Source of the DNA: an uncultured Verrucomicrobiae bacterium
Lineage (GTDB): Bacteria; Verrucomicrobiota; Verrucomicrobiia; Chthoniobacterales; UBA10450
Length of the DNA stretch: 64,000 nt
Direction of reading: 5' to 3'
Assembly: GCA_963815455.1 (NCBI GenBank)
Contig: CAWFGO010000002.1
Span: 384,001 to 448,000 of the forward strand
Shown here piece after piece: positions 10,781-20,887 of the stretch. How positions within the stretch are numbered: position 1 is the stretch's first letter; the number at the start of each line of letters is the position of its first letter. Both the position numbers and the translations under genes were made by a program. The notes beneath the pieces are model-generated. The model did not search any database. It saw only the letters and a list, made by a program, of their open reading frames with translations, and was not told the origin of the DNA.

Positions 10781-11506
10781 TCATCGGTGGCACCCCTGAC
10801 AATTCGTCGGCGGATTAATGTTCCACTTCTCCTTCAAAGTCTGGCCGATTTCGCTTTGGGTGAGATTTTTCTTCTTCGTCCAATCTTCCTTCACTCCATC
10901 GGGCATTCCGTATTTCGCCACAAAATCCGCCGGCTTCACATCGTCCGGTTTCCAATCGAGATTGAAAATCTGGTCATCGGGCCGCAGGAAATTTTCCGGA
11001 TGCCGATGGCATTCGAGGCACCAGGCCATGCTGTGCGGTTTGGCGTGATAAACCACCGGCATGTGATTGACCTGACCGTGGCAACTGAAACAACTGATCC
11101 CGCGGTTCACGTGCGCGGAGTGATTGTAAAAAACGTAATCAGGCGTGCGATGAATTTGCACCCACTCGATCGGCTTGCCGCTTTTCCAGCTTGCTCGCAT
11201 CGGCTCGAGCTTCGGATTGTCCTTTTGCACCTGGGTGTGGCAGTTCATGCACGTCTGCGTCGTCGGCAAATTCGAATGCGCCGCCACTTCGACAAAGCTG
11301 TGGCAATAACGGCAATCCATCCCCAGTTGCGACACGTGGATATCGTGCGGGAACGGCACCGGCTGGATCGGTTGATAACCCACGCGCGTGTACTTCGGCG
11401 TGACGTAATACCAGGTCGCACCGGTCAGGCCGCAAACCAGCACCATGGAACAAATCACCGTTTTGAGCGGCAACCAATTGGTCCAACGCGGAAAAAAATT
11501 CGCCAT
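10781..11506 (-). CDS. actA: ACIII pentaheme cytochrome c ActA
   Basis: Five CxxCH motifs (CRYCH, CMNCH, CFSCH, CLECH, CQGCH) and QPVPFPH. Confidence 0.95.
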   Translation of the reverse strand: MANFFPRWTNWLPLKTVICSMVLVCGLTGATWYYVTPKYTRVGYQPIQPVPFPHDIHVSQLGMDCRYCHSFVEVAAHSNLPTTQTCMNCHTQVQKDNPKLEPMRASWKSGKPIEWVQIHRTPDYVFYNHSAHVNRGISCFSCHGQVNHMPVVYHAKPHSMAWCLECHRHPENFLRPDDQIFNLDWKPDDVKPADFVAKYGMPDGVKEDWTKKKNLTQSEIGQTLKEKWNINPPTNCQGCHR

Positions 11507-11678
11507 AAATCAGAAAGGGCGACTGTGACCAGGCGACAGCCGCCAGACTGAAAACGAACCAAGGTTGTAATTGGAAAGTGCTTCGTTCAGGCGGTGCAAG
11601 GGTTAAGTGGGTTTGCTCGTCCGAGGGGAGATCACGATTCTATGAATCGGGTCGGCGAGGGCAAAAGAAATTTCCTTA

Positions 11679-11692
11679 TTCATGTCGATCAA
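11679..11692. promoter_or_regulatory. Candidate FNR/CRP-family binding site upstream of actA
   Basis: TTGATcgacATGAA on the minus strand, one mismatch to TTGAT-N4-ATCAA; TTGCCC-16-TAGAAT promoter-like element lies downstream. Confidence 0.4.
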
Positions 11693-11823
11693 AAAATTAA
11701 TACCGGCCACTCTTCCGATACAGAAAAGTGACCTGTTGGCAAAATCGATATCGACAAAACTTCGCCAGCGCGTCAAGCCTTGAAAGCCTGTAGGGGAAAC
11801 TGACAGTATCCTTGACAGCATCC

Positions 11824-13593
11824 ATGAAAACATGGCGAAACGCGCAACCGCTGGTTTTTGCCCTCGCAGCCTTCTTAATTAGGCCAGCGGTCAGCGCTGA
11901 AGATGTCGATCTTATCCTGTCCAACGGCAACATTTACACGGTAAATGAAAAGCAGCCCAGAGCCGAAGCGATTGCGGTAAAAGGCGACCGGATCGTTTTC
12001 GTCGGCTCGAATGAGGAAGCGAAGAAGTTTCACGCTGGCCGCACTATCGATCTTAAGGGGAACACCGTCGTGCCCGGCCTGACCGATTCGCATTGCCACA
12101 TCTTCGGAATCGGCGAGCGCGAGATGCGATTGAATCTCGAAGGCACCAACACGCTCGAAGATTTTCTGGCCAAGGTAAAAGCGCGCGTCGCTCAAACCGG
12201 GCAAGGCAAATGGATCACTGGTCGGGGCTGGATCGAGACATTTTGGAAACCGCCACAATTCCCCACCCGACAGGATCTCGACAAAGTTGCACCGAATAAT
12301 CCGGTTTTCCTCACCCGGGCCGATGGTCACGCCTCAATCGCCAATTCTGCCGCACTAAAAATTGCGAAGATCGACAAGAACACGCCGAACCCTTTTGGCG
12401 GCGAAATTTTGAAAGATAAACAAATGGGCGAGCCAACAGGAATGTTGCTCGACAACGCGCAGGATTTGGTTTCGAAAAATATTCCAGCGCCGACCCAAGC
12501 CGAGCGAGAGGAAGCGTTGCTGCGCGGGATCGATCGCGAGATCGGGCTGGGCTGGTGCGAAATTCAAAATGCCGGCAGCCACCAGAACGATGTCGATCTT
12601 ATTAAGAAGGCATTCGAATCCGGCAAAGCGAAAATCCGGTTTATCAATGCCGTTTACGGCCCGGGCAACGATGCGGATGCGTTGCTGCGCGCAAGTGGCC
12701 TGAGCTTCCAGCCCATGTCCCATCGGCAAGATGCCGAGGCTACGCTCGGTCCCGCAATCAACCAATACAATCACCATTTCACCCAGCGCACGATTAAGGT
12801 GGTCTTCGATGGCGCGCTCGGTTCCCGCGGCGCGGCTTTGCTAAAACCGTACAGCGACGCGCCGGAGACTTCCGGCTACCTCACCGAAAAACCGGAAGAG
12901 TTGCGACCGATGTTCGCGGAAGCGCTGCGTCGCGGGATTCAGGTCGAAACGCACGCGATCGGCGACCGCGCGAACCGATTAATCCTCGATCTTTACGAAC
13001 AAGCATTTAAAGCGGTGCCGCCTCAAGAAAGAAAAATTAAAGAGCCGCGCTGGCGCGTCGAGCACGCGCAGATTGGCGATCCTGTCGATCTTCCACGATT
13101 CGCGAAACTCGGCGTCATCCCGTCGATGCAACCGTCGCACGCCATCAGCGATCTCTTTTTCGCGCCCAGCCGGCTAGGAATGGATCGCCTCGCCGGCGCC
13201 TACGCTTGGAAAAGCCTTCTCAAATCGGGATGCATCATTCCCGGCGGTTCCGATGCACCGGTCGAGCGCGGCGAGCCGATGATCGAGTTTTACGCCGCAG
13301 TCGCACGCAAGAGCATCAAAGGCGAACAACGTGAAGGCTGGCACCCCGAACAAGCTGTTTCGCGCGAGCAAGCGCTGAAAATGTTTACCCTCTGGCCCGC
13401 TTATGCTGTGTTTGAAGAAAAAGACAAAGGCTCAATCGAACCCGGCAAGCTCGCTGATTTCACCGTGCTTTCACAGGACATCATGAAAATTCCCGAACGG
13501 GAAATTTTGAAGACGCGTTGCGAAATGACAATCATCGGCGGCGAGATTGTTTATCTGAATTGGGTCCCACCTGAAAAGGAGGAGAAAGATTGA
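11824..13593 (+). CDS. Secreted amidohydrolase (YtcJ-like, Amidohydro_3)
   Basis: Signal peptide, PGLTDSHCH, DGALGSRGA, HAIGD, RVEHAQ and GSDAPVE. Confidence 0.9.
   Translation: MKTWRNAQPLVFALAAFLIRPAVSAEDVDLILSNGNIYTVNEKQPRAEAIAVKGDRIVFVGSNEEAKKFHAGRTIDLKGNTVVPGLTDSHCHIFGIGEREMRLNLEGTNTLEDFLAKVKARVAQTGQGKWITGRGWIETFWKPPQFPTRQDLDKVAPNNPVFLTRADGHASIANSAALKIAKIDKNTPNPFGGEILKDKQMGEPTGMLLDNAQDLVSKNIPAPTQAEREEALLRGIDREIGLGWCEIQNAGSHQNDVDLIKKAFESGKAKIRFINAVYGPGNDADALLRASGLSFQPMSHRQDAEATLGPAINQYNHHFTQRTIKVVFDGALGSRGAALLKPYSDAPETSGYLTEKPEELRPMFAEALRRGIQVETHAIGDRANRLILDLYEQAFKAVPPQERKIKEPRWRVEHAQIGDPVDLPRFAKLGVIPSMQPSHAISDLFFAPSRLGMDRLAGAYAWKSLLKSGCIIPGGSDAPVERGEPMIEFYAAVARKSIKGEQREGWHPEQAVSREQALKMFTLWPAYAVFEEKDKGSIEPGKLADFTVLSQDIMKIPEREILKTRCEMTIIGGEIVYLNWVPPEKEEKD
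12695..12743. repeat. Palindromic repeat (family F) in frame within the amidohydrolase gene
   Basis: gtggcctgagcttccagcccatgtcccatcggcaagatgccgaggctac resembles the intergenic copy at 46999-47050. Confidence 0.7.
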
Positions 13594-14033
13594 CGATGAT
13601 AGCGCGACGCAAACAAATCGCGATTCTAACAGCGCAGGCCCTGGTTGCAGTCAGCTTTTGTACAGCGCAATCTCCCAAAGAAATCAGCCTGCAGGAAAAG
13701 CGCATGGAGATTCGGGCGCAGCTTCTCAAGCTGACACCGATCGGCTCGACCTCCGAGCAGGTGCGAAAATCAATCCAGCGAAACCTGCTTCACGCCGGTG
13801 AGACAGCGCCGCCGTTGGAAAACCATCCCGCAGGCATTACCGAGTCGGATCATTCTGGCCCGCACGGCGTAAAAAGCATCCGTCTGCGTCTCGGCGGATA
13901 CCTGGCGGATCCAGCCATTGTTCTTTTGACCGCGCCGTTGATTTCCCACAAGGAGGTTTTTGCCGAGTGGGCGTTCGACAAAAAAGATCATCTGATCGAA
14001 ATCTTCGTGGACAAAACTTCGCGCGTTTATTGA
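13590..14033 (+). CDS. Hypothetical exported protein
   Basis: 147-aa ORF with signal-like N-terminus, overlapping the amidohydrolase stop. Confidence 0.6.
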   Translation: MTMIARRKQIAILTAQALVAVSFCTAQSPKEISLQEKRMEIRAQLLKLTPIGSTSEQVRKSIQRNLLHAGETAPPLENHPAGITESDHSGPHGVKSIRLRLGGYLADPAIVLLTAPLISHKEVFAEWAFDKKDHLIEIFVDKTSRVY

Positions 14034-15826
14034 CTCTCTCCCACCGGGAGATTTCGATTTTGTCCGGCAAGCGTGAGGATAATATCCGTCTTGGAAATAC
14101 TGCCGACAAGCCGTCCCCGCGCTGAGCCTTCGACAACCGGCAGACGCTCCCCATCGTGGCGGACAAAGGTTTCGAGGGCTTCGTTCAGCGCGGCATCGGG
14201 CCGAACTTTGGGAAAACTTTCGCGCATAATATCACCGGCGATGACCAGCTCGGCCAGCTCGGGTGAATTGAGGAAGCTTTTAATATCGTGCAGTGATATC
14301 GCTCCCAGGAAGCGCCCGTCATCGGCGACGTAGAGATAGTTAAAGCGATTTGCGATGAACTTCTCGCCAATTTCAGCAAAGCGCGCCGTTCTCGACACTG
14401 TGATTGGATCCGGCTTCATCAGTTGGCGAACATGCAGGTTTTCAAACTGCCCGCGGAACGCGTCCGCGCCTTTGCGCTTCAGCGATTCGCTGTAGATCGA
14501 GCGCTTCTCGATGCTGAAGGACGTATAGTAGGCGGTGACGCAAGCGAGCATCAATGGCAGAATGATCTCGTAGTCGAGAGTCATTTCGAAGATCATGAGG
14601 ATTGCCATGATGGGCGCGTGGGTCGTTCCGGCGAGAAAAGCGCCCATCCCGACCAGCGCGAAAGCGCTCGGTTCTGGATGGAAGGCGCCAAAGGCTGGTA
14701 CCACAGTTCCAAAGAGATAGCCAAGGCCCGCGCCGACAAAAAGCGTTGGGGTAAAAACTCCGCCAACGGCGCCCGAGCCAAAGGTCGCAGTCGTAGCGAG
14801 AATCTTAAAGAGTAGAATCAACGCGACAGTCTGCCAGAGCCAGTGGCCGGCAAGAATATCGCTTATGGTGCTATAGCCGTTGCCGCATACTTCCGGATAA
14901 GGGATCGCGAGCGCGCCGACCGCCAGGCCGCCGATGGCCATGCGCACGAACACCGGAACAGGGAGCCGCAGGAACAATCGCTCGCCCCGTTCAAGCAAAC
15001 GCAGAAACCAGGGCGCGACAAATCCGGCCAGCAACCCGAGGGCAAGGTGCGGGATGATTTCCCAATTGGAGGTCAAACGAAATGCCGGCACCGCATACAA
15101 TGGGTCCCGCCCAAGAAAGCCGCGCACCGTGAGTGTTGCGATTACGGAAGCGAAAACGAGCGGCCCGAATATTTCCATGGCGAGCGAGCACATCACAATC
15201 TCGGCTACGAAGAGCGCGCCAGCGATCGGGGCGTTGTAGGCGGAGGCGATGCCGGCGGCGGCACCGCAGCCCACCAGCAGTCGCATCCGCGGCGTAGACC
15301 AATTGCGCATTCTCCCAATTTGGGAAGCGATCAAGGACGAAAGCTGCACCATCGGCCCCTCCCGGCCGATCGATCCGCCCGACGCAATGGAGAACATTGC
15401 CGAAAGCGACTTCACCAGGCTGCGCGAGGCCGAGATTTTCCCATCGCCAAGCACAATCGCTTCCATGTAATCGGTGGTGGCCACCCGTCCCCGCCGATAT
15501 CCAACGAGAATGACGAAGCCCGCGAGCAGACCGCCAAATGCCGGGGTCAGTAACCGCTGCCACAACGGCAGATGAGAAAACGTCTCCACGATTCCGTGCG
15601 TGGCCCGTCCGGTAAGAATGCTGTGCATCAATCCCGCACCAAGCCGAAATAGGATCGACGTCAACGCGCCTAGAAATCCGATTATCCCGGCCCACGCCAG
15701 AGTACGCTGGAGTTCCGTTGGATGGAACGCCTGTTTGAACCAGACCCATAGCTTGAGCAGGCGCAGCACCCCTGGCCGCATTGCTGCGGTCCCTTGCGGA
15801 TCGGTCGGTCCCTGCACACTCACCAA
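14027..15826 (-). CDS. clcB: ClC-family chloride channel with CBS domains
   Basis: GSIGREGP and GGVFTPTL motifs plus a C-terminal CBS pair. Confidence 0.88.
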   Translation of the reverse strand: MVSVQGPTDPQGTAAMRPGVLRLLKLWVWFKQAFHPTELQRTLAWAGIIGFLGALTSILFRLGAGLMHSILTGRATHGIVETFSHLPLWQRLLTPAFGGLLAGFVILVGYRRGRVATTDYMEAIVLGDGKISASRSLVKSLSAMFSIASGGSIGREGPMVQLSSLIASQIGRMRNWSTPRMRLLVGCGAAAGIASAYNAPIAGALFVAEIVMCSLAMEIFGPLVFASVIATLTVRGFLGRDPLYAVPAFRLTSNWEIIPHLALGLLAGFVAPWFLRLLERGERLFLRLPVPVFVRMAIGGLAVGALAIPYPEVCGNGYSTISDILAGHWLWQTVALILLFKILATTATFGSGAVGGVFTPTLFVGAGLGYLFGTVVPAFGAFHPEPSAFALVGMGAFLAGTTHAPIMAILMIFEMTLDYEIILPLMLACVTAYYTSFSIEKRSIYSESLKRKGADAFRGQFENLHVRQLMKPDPITVSRTARFAEIGEKFIANRFNYLYVADDGRFLGAISLHDIKSFLNSPELAELVIAGDIMRESFPKVRPDAALNEALETFVRHDGERLPVVEGSARGRLVGSISKTDIILTLAGQNRNLPVGESQ

Positions 15827-15877
15827 TTCGACCGATTGGGAGCATGGTGCAATGGGCTCGGCAATTTTTCTCTTCGA

Positions 15878-17083
15878 CTACGAGTAGAGATACTCGTCGT
15901 GATATTCGCGTTGGGGCGCGAACTGGACGTTTTCGTTTCCGGTCTCGGGATACTCGAAGATTTTTCCTTCGTAGTTTCGGATCACGATTTTTTCGTGGTC
16001 GTGATACAGGACGTAGCCGGGATTGATCGGAACTTTGCCGCCGCCGCCGGGGGCGTCGATGACAAACTGAGGCACGCCGTAACCGGTGGTGTGTCCGCGC
16101 AGGCCTTCGATGATCTCGATTCCTTTGGCGACGGAGGTGCGGAGGTGCGACGAGCCGTTGATCAGGTCGCACTGATAGACGTAGTACGGACGCACCCGGC
16201 ACATGAGCAGTTTGTGCACGAGCGTTTTCATCGTTTCGAGATCGTCGTTCACTCCGGCGAGCAACACGCTTTGGTTCCCAAGCGGAACACCGGCGTTAGC
16301 CAGACGTTCGAGCGCTTCTTTTACTTCAATCGTCAGCTCGCGCGGATGATTTACATGCACGCTCATCCAGAGCGGGTGATGCTTGGCCAGAATCGCACAG
16401 AGTTCCGGCGTGATCCGTTGCGGAAGAAAAATCGGGACTCGGGTGCCGATGCGGAGAAATTCGATGTGCGGGATCGAGCGCAGTCGGGTAAGCAACTTGT
16501 CGATCTTGTCGTCACTGAAAATCAGGGCGTCGCCGCCGCTCAACAGGACGTCGCGAATTTCGGTGTGTTGTTCGAGATAACGAAACGCTTCCTCGAAATC
16601 GGTGTGCAATTCCTGTTCGCCGACGCCGCTGACAACGCGGCTGCGCGTGCAATACCGGCAATAGCTTGCGCAGCGATCGGTCACCAGAAACAGAACGCGA
16701 TCGGGATAGCGATGCACCAATCCCGGCACCGGCATGTGCGAATCTTCGCCGCACGGATCGGCCATGTCGTATGGCGACGCCCAGGTCTCTTCGATTCGGG
16801 GGATAACCTGCCGTCGGATCGGATCGTCCGGATTATCCCGGGGAATCAGATTGAAAAAATGCGGCGTGACCGCGAGCGCGAGTTTGTCGCCCGAAAGCAG
16901 TACGCCGCTGCGTTCTTCGTCGCTGAGATGGAGATGCTGCTCGAGCTGGGCCAGCGTGGTGACGCGGTTCTTAAGCTGCCATTTCCAATCGTTCCAGAGT
17001 TCCGGCGCGACCTCCGGCCAGTAACCCGGCGCATGCGAGACGAACTCCTTGCCGTTGCCTTTCCCTGCTGCAGAAATGTCCAT
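15878..17083 (-). CDS. kamA: KamA-family radical SAM protein (lysine 2,3-aminomutase-like)
   Basis: GLVHRYPDRVL, CASYCRYCTR, NQSVLL and DAPGGGGK. Confidence 0.9.
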   Translation of the reverse strand: MDISAAGKGNGKEFVSHAPGYWPEVAPELWNDWKWQLKNRVTTLAQLEQHLHLSDEERSGVLLSGDKLALAVTPHFFNLIPRDNPDDPIRRQVIPRIEETWASPYDMADPCGEDSHMPVPGLVHRYPDRVLFLVTDRCASYCRYCTRSRVVSGVGEQELHTDFEEAFRYLEQHTEIRDVLLSGGDALIFSDDKIDKLLTRLRSIPHIEFLRIGTRVPIFLPQRITPELCAILAKHHPLWMSVHVNHPRELTIEVKEALERLANAGVPLGNQSVLLAGVNDDLETMKTLVHKLLMCRVRPYYVYQCDLINGSSHLRTSVAKGIEIIEGLRGHTTGYGVPQFVIDAPGGGGKVPINPGYVLYHDHEKIVIRNYEGKIFEYPETGNENVQFAPQREYHDEYLYS

Positions 17084-17219
17084 TTTTAGTTGAGGACAAA
17101 AACGCTAAGGCGATTAGAAATCGTGTCAACGTGGGCACCGAAAAGTGCGCGGCGCACATGCAGGAAAGATTGCGCCTTCGGCGATTACGTCAGCATCGCG
17201 CTCGGAGATCGCGATCCAC

Positions 17220-18716
17220 CTATTTGACGCTTACCAGCGTTCCAACCGGGATTTCGGCGAAGAATTTGCGGGCGGCGTCGCCGGGCAGGCGAATGCAACC
17301 GTGAGAAGCGGGATAGTTCGGCACGTAGCCTTCGTGCATTCCGAAATCGAGGCAGCTCAGACGCATGAAGTACGGCATCTCCACCTTGTAAATGGTGGAG
17401 ACGTGGTAACGATCTTTGTCAGTGATGACGTAATCTCCGGCGCGCGTGGCGTAGCGACCGCCTCGTCCGGTCGAGCAGGTGGTGTTAAAAATTGGGACGC
17501 CGTCCTTGATCAGCGCAACTTTTTGAGAGGCGAGCGAAATCTCAATGCGCAGCTGTTCGGGTGATGGACCGCTTCCCAGCAAAATTTGCGCGGAGCGCCA
17601 GTAGCCGCTTTGCGCCGCCAGATAAAGCGGCCGCATTTTGTAGCGGGACGAAGCGCGATTGCGATCCGCCCCGGCATCGAGCAAGGCGCGGACGTAATCG
17701 GCCTTGCCCAGCCCGGCTGCAAGCATCAGCACAGTGACATCTTTATCGCCCTCGATATAGTTTCGCAGATATTTGGACTTGAGTAGGTCCAGAAAATTCT
17801 TGTCGCAGCGCGATGGCAAAACCGTATTCGGATCGGCGCCACAAACCAAAAGCGTCTCGAACAGCGAGGCCTCTTCCGCAGCAATGGCGTGAGCCAGCAG
17901 TGGCACGTTACTATTTTCCGGCGTCGGCGGGACGGCGTGTTTTTTGAGCAGCAGGCGAACCTGGTCGTTGTCACCAGTCGCCAGCGATTTCTCCAAGATG
18001 CGCCGCGCCCCCGGCGACCATTCCTGGAGCGACGGAGTGCGCTCTAAGAGAGCATTGGCGATCTTCAGGTCGCCGCTTTCGAGCGCCGTTGCCAGAAGAT
18101 CGCTGCCATGCCTTCCCAAATCGGGAACGAATGGCAAAAGAAAATCAACCGCGTCGGTTTTTCGGGCGTCGATGGCATAATGGAGGGCAGAGCGGCCGCT
18201 TCGGTCGGTCATATCCACACTCGTTACGATCCCGACCAGCTCGCGGAGGATGTCGATCCTGCCCTGCATCGCCGCGGCCATCAACGGCGTTACTCCATTT
18301 TCATCGGCAAGATCGGGACACGCGCCGGCTTGAATCAATTTCCGAAAAGTTCCCCAATCCTGCTCTAAAGCCGCGGCTACAAGGAGCGGGCGATCCTGGG
18401 CCGCCCGGGCGTTTGGATTCATGTGCTCGCGGAGATACAGATCGATGAGCGATGTCCGATGCGTGGCGACGGCCCGGACAAATTCGTCGGGTGAGATTAC
18501 GCTGCGGACCCGAGGTTGCGGGCCGATCCTTGTGCTCCCAAACAAGGCCAGAAGCGATACCGCGCCAACGAGGATGGCTCCACGATAAAAGCGGTAGAAC
18601 CGATGGCCAGGCTGCGCGTTCTCGCGGCGCCAATCCAGCCAGGATCGCGACCAAGCCGCCACCAGCCCGAGCGTGCTCGCGCTTGTCCATCCCGCTGGAA
18701 TTTTGATTGCGCGCAT
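17220..18716 (-). CDS. Ankyrin-repeat protein fused to a YkuD L,D-transpeptidase domain
   Basis: GVTPLMAAA and GRSALHYA ankyrin repeats; C-terminal FGMHEG..ASHGCIRL. Confidence 0.85.
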   Translation of the reverse strand: MRAIKIPAGWTSASTLGLVAAWSRSWLDWRRENAQPGHRFYRFYRGAILVGAVSLLALFGSTRIGPQPRVRSVISPDEFVRAVATHRTSLIDLYLREHMNPNARAAQDRPLLVAAALEQDWGTFRKLIQAGACPDLADENGVTPLMAAAMQGRIDILRELVGIVTSVDMTDRSGRSALHYAIDARKTDAVDFLLPFVPDLGRHGSDLLATALESGDLKIANALLERTPSLQEWSPGARRILEKSLATGDNDQVRLLLKKHAVPPTPENSNVPLLAHAIAAEEASLFETLLVCGADPNTVLPSRCDKNFLDLLKSKYLRNYIEGDKDVTVLMLAAGLGKADYVRALLDAGADRNRASSRYKMRPLYLAAQSGYWRSAQILLGSGPSPEQLRIEISLASQKVALIKDGVPIFNTTCSTGRGGRYATRAGDYVITDKDRYHVSTIYKVEMPYFMRLSCLDFGMHEGYVPNYPASHGCIRLPGDAARKFFAEIPVGTLVSVK

Positions 18717-18856
18717 ACCCTTAACGCTAGATTAGCAGAAGGATACACAAACAGGCAAAGTTTACGAGCGAAAATAGCCTATCCGCGACGCAGAAAGGCG
18801 GTTACGACAGCGCAGTTGGCAACGTTGGACAGGCGGGGTTGAACGTAGCACGTTGA

Positions 18857-20350
18857 TTGCTGTCGAAGTTCCAACTCATGCGTTTATTCTCAATCTTAGT
18901 TTCGTTCATCGCCGCAGCCAGCTTGTCGGGCTTTGCCGCGTCTCCTGAAATCGCGCCGACACCGGCCATTCCCGCCGCAGCCGCCGAAGCTGGGAAGGAT
19001 GTCGTGCATCAACTCAACAACGCTTTTGCCAAGGTATTCGAAATCGTCGCCCCGAGCGTCGTGATCATCGAGGTCTCGAAGGCGAACGACGGCAGCGAAG
19101 CTTCGCCGTTTGACGATCTCTTTTTTCCCGGGTCGCCCGACGACAACAACCAGCGAAGGAATCAACGGGGACCACAGCCGATCCAAAGCGAAGGCTCGGG
19201 CTTCATCGTCCGCCAGGATGGTTACATTTTCACGAATTTTCATGTGGTCGAAGGCGCGGATAAGATCGAGGTGAAATTGAAGGATGGCCGCTCGCTGCCC
19301 GGAAAGATCATCGGCACTGATGAGAAGACCGACATCGCCGTGATCAAAGTCGAGGCCAAAGATTTGCCGGTCGTGCAAATGGGCGACAGCGATGCCGTGC
19401 GCGTAGGGCAGTTTGCCTTCGCCATCGGCGCGCCCTTTAAGCTCGATTACACGTTCACCTACGGAGTGATCAGCGGCAAAGGCCGGAGCAAATTGATTTC
19501 GACCGGCGGCTATTCCATTTCCGATTACATCCAGACCGACGCCTCGATCAATCCCGGCAACAGCGGCGGCCCGCTCTGCGACATCGACGGCAAAGTGATC
19601 GGCATGAACACGCTCATCAACGGTCTCAATCGCGGGCTCGGCTTCGCGATCCCGAGCAACATGGCCAAGGAAATCGGCGCGGAGTTGATGGCCGGTCGCA
19701 AGATTGTGCGCCCCTGGCTGGGGATCCGCATCGAAACGCTCGGTGACGACCCTTCCATCCGCGAATTATTCAAAGGCGCCGACAAAGGCGTGATTGTGCG
19801 CACCATCGAAGCCGACGCGCCGGCGACCAAAAGCGACCTTCGACCGTTTGATGTGATCATGGATGTCGATGGTAAACCGGTCATGACCGACTCCGAGTTG
19901 CAGCATGAGATTTTGAAAAAGAAAGTCGGCCAAAAAATCGAGCTAACGGTTTGGCGAAAAGGCCAGACCATCAAGATCCCGGTGAAGACAGGCGAATTGC
20001 CGGACGAAATCACGCGCGCTTCCAACCAACCGGCCCAACCGGAAAAACCGAAGCCCGAGGATTTGGGCAAGTTTGGATTACAGGTCCAGGACCTGACCAA
20101 GGAAGTGGCCGAACGTCTGCATCTCGATGTTCAGCAGGGCGTGATCGTTACCGACGTGGCCGACGACAGCATCGCGGCGCGGCAGGATATCCAGCGGCAG
20201 GATGTCATCACCGAAGTGGACGGCAAACCGATAACTGATGTGGCCAGTTTTCGCGCCGCTCTCAACAAAGCCGATCCCAAACGCGGCGTTCTTCTCTACC
20301 TCGACCGTAAAGGCAGTAAGACTTTCGCCGTTCTGAGGGCGGGCGGCTAA
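18857..20350 (+). CDS. degP: DegP/HtrA-family serine protease with two PDZ domains
   Basis: TNFHVV, DIAV and INPGNSGGPL. Confidence 0.9.
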   Translation: MLSKFQLMRLFSILVSFIAAASLSGFAASPEIAPTPAIPAAAAEAGKDVVHQLNNAFAKVFEIVAPSVVIIEVSKANDGSEASPFDDLFFPGSPDDNNQRRNQRGPQPIQSEGSGFIVRQDGYIFTNFHVVEGADKIEVKLKDGRSLPGKIIGTDEKTDIAVIKVEAKDLPVVQMGDSDAVRVGQFAFAIGAPFKLDYTFTYGVISGKGRSKLISTGGYSISDYIQTDASINPGNSGGPLCDIDGKVIGMNTLINGLNRGLGFAIPSNMAKEIGAELMAGRKIVRPWLGIRIETLGDDPSIRELFKGADKGVIVRTIEADAPATKSDLRPFDVIMDVDGKPVMTDSELQHEILKKKVGQKIELTVWRKGQTIKIPVKTGELPDEITRASNQPAQPEKPKPEDLGKFGLQVQDLTKEVAERLHLDVQQGVIVTDVADDSIAARQDIQRQDVITEVDGKPITDVASFRAALNKADPKRGVLLYLDRKGSKTFAVLRAGG

Positions 20351-20568
20351 CTTTTCCGACTGCCGATTGCCACGAGGGCAATTCCGCCAACCAGGCAAAT
20401 TCCGCTCACGATGGGTGGGACGGAAAAACCGTGGTCCTCATGGTGTTTGATCTCCAAAGGACCGATCTGCGCGTCTTTCTTTTCTGTCGTCCAGCCGATT
20501 CCGCCGTAAGCGAATCCGATGATACCGACGATAATGAGAATGATCCCGACGATTCCGGTTGGTTTCAT
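20347..20568 (-). CDS. Small two-TM membrane protein (DUF3185-like)
   Basis: 73 aa, two hydrophobic helices, IGPLEI loop. Confidence 0.7.
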   Translation of the reverse strand: MKPTGIVGIILIIVGIIGFAYGGIGWTTEKKDAQIGPLEIKHHEDHGFSVPPIVSGICLVGGIALVAIGSRKS

Positions 20569-20578
20569 GAGCGCGATG

Positions 20579-20728
20579 CTAAAGCGGACGCCGGCCCTGG
20601 ATCAAATTGATAATGAGCACCACCAGCGCGATCACCAGCAGCAGGTGGATGAAACCGCCCAGCGTGTAAGAGGTGACTAAGCCAAGAAGCCAAAGCACCA
20701 ACAGAATGACGAAGATAGTCCAAAGCAT
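20579..20728 (-). CDS. lmo0937-family small membrane protein (not in ORF track)
   Basis: Manual translation MLWTIFVILLVLWLLGLVTSYTLGGFIHLLLVIALVVLIINLIQGRRPL. Confidence 0.85.
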   Translation of the reverse strand: MLWTIFVILLVLWLLGLVTSYTLGGFIHLLLVIALVVLIINLIQGRRPL

Positions 20729-20887
20729 AGATGTTCCCTTTCGGTTAAGTATTTAAGCAAGTTACAATTACTTCGCGGTGGGCCGCCCGACTGCGCTTGT
20801 TTAAGCGCAGAATTTTTGCGGACCTTTCGCATCCTGTAATGCCCGCGGGTAGTCCGTCAAAACAAAACCACCGGCTCAATCGTCGAA

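Noticed and set aside
15878..17083. KamA radical SAM as a RiPP maturase or EF-P modification system
   Set aside because: No SPASM domain, precursor, efp or epmA nearby; looks like an ordinary KamA-family member
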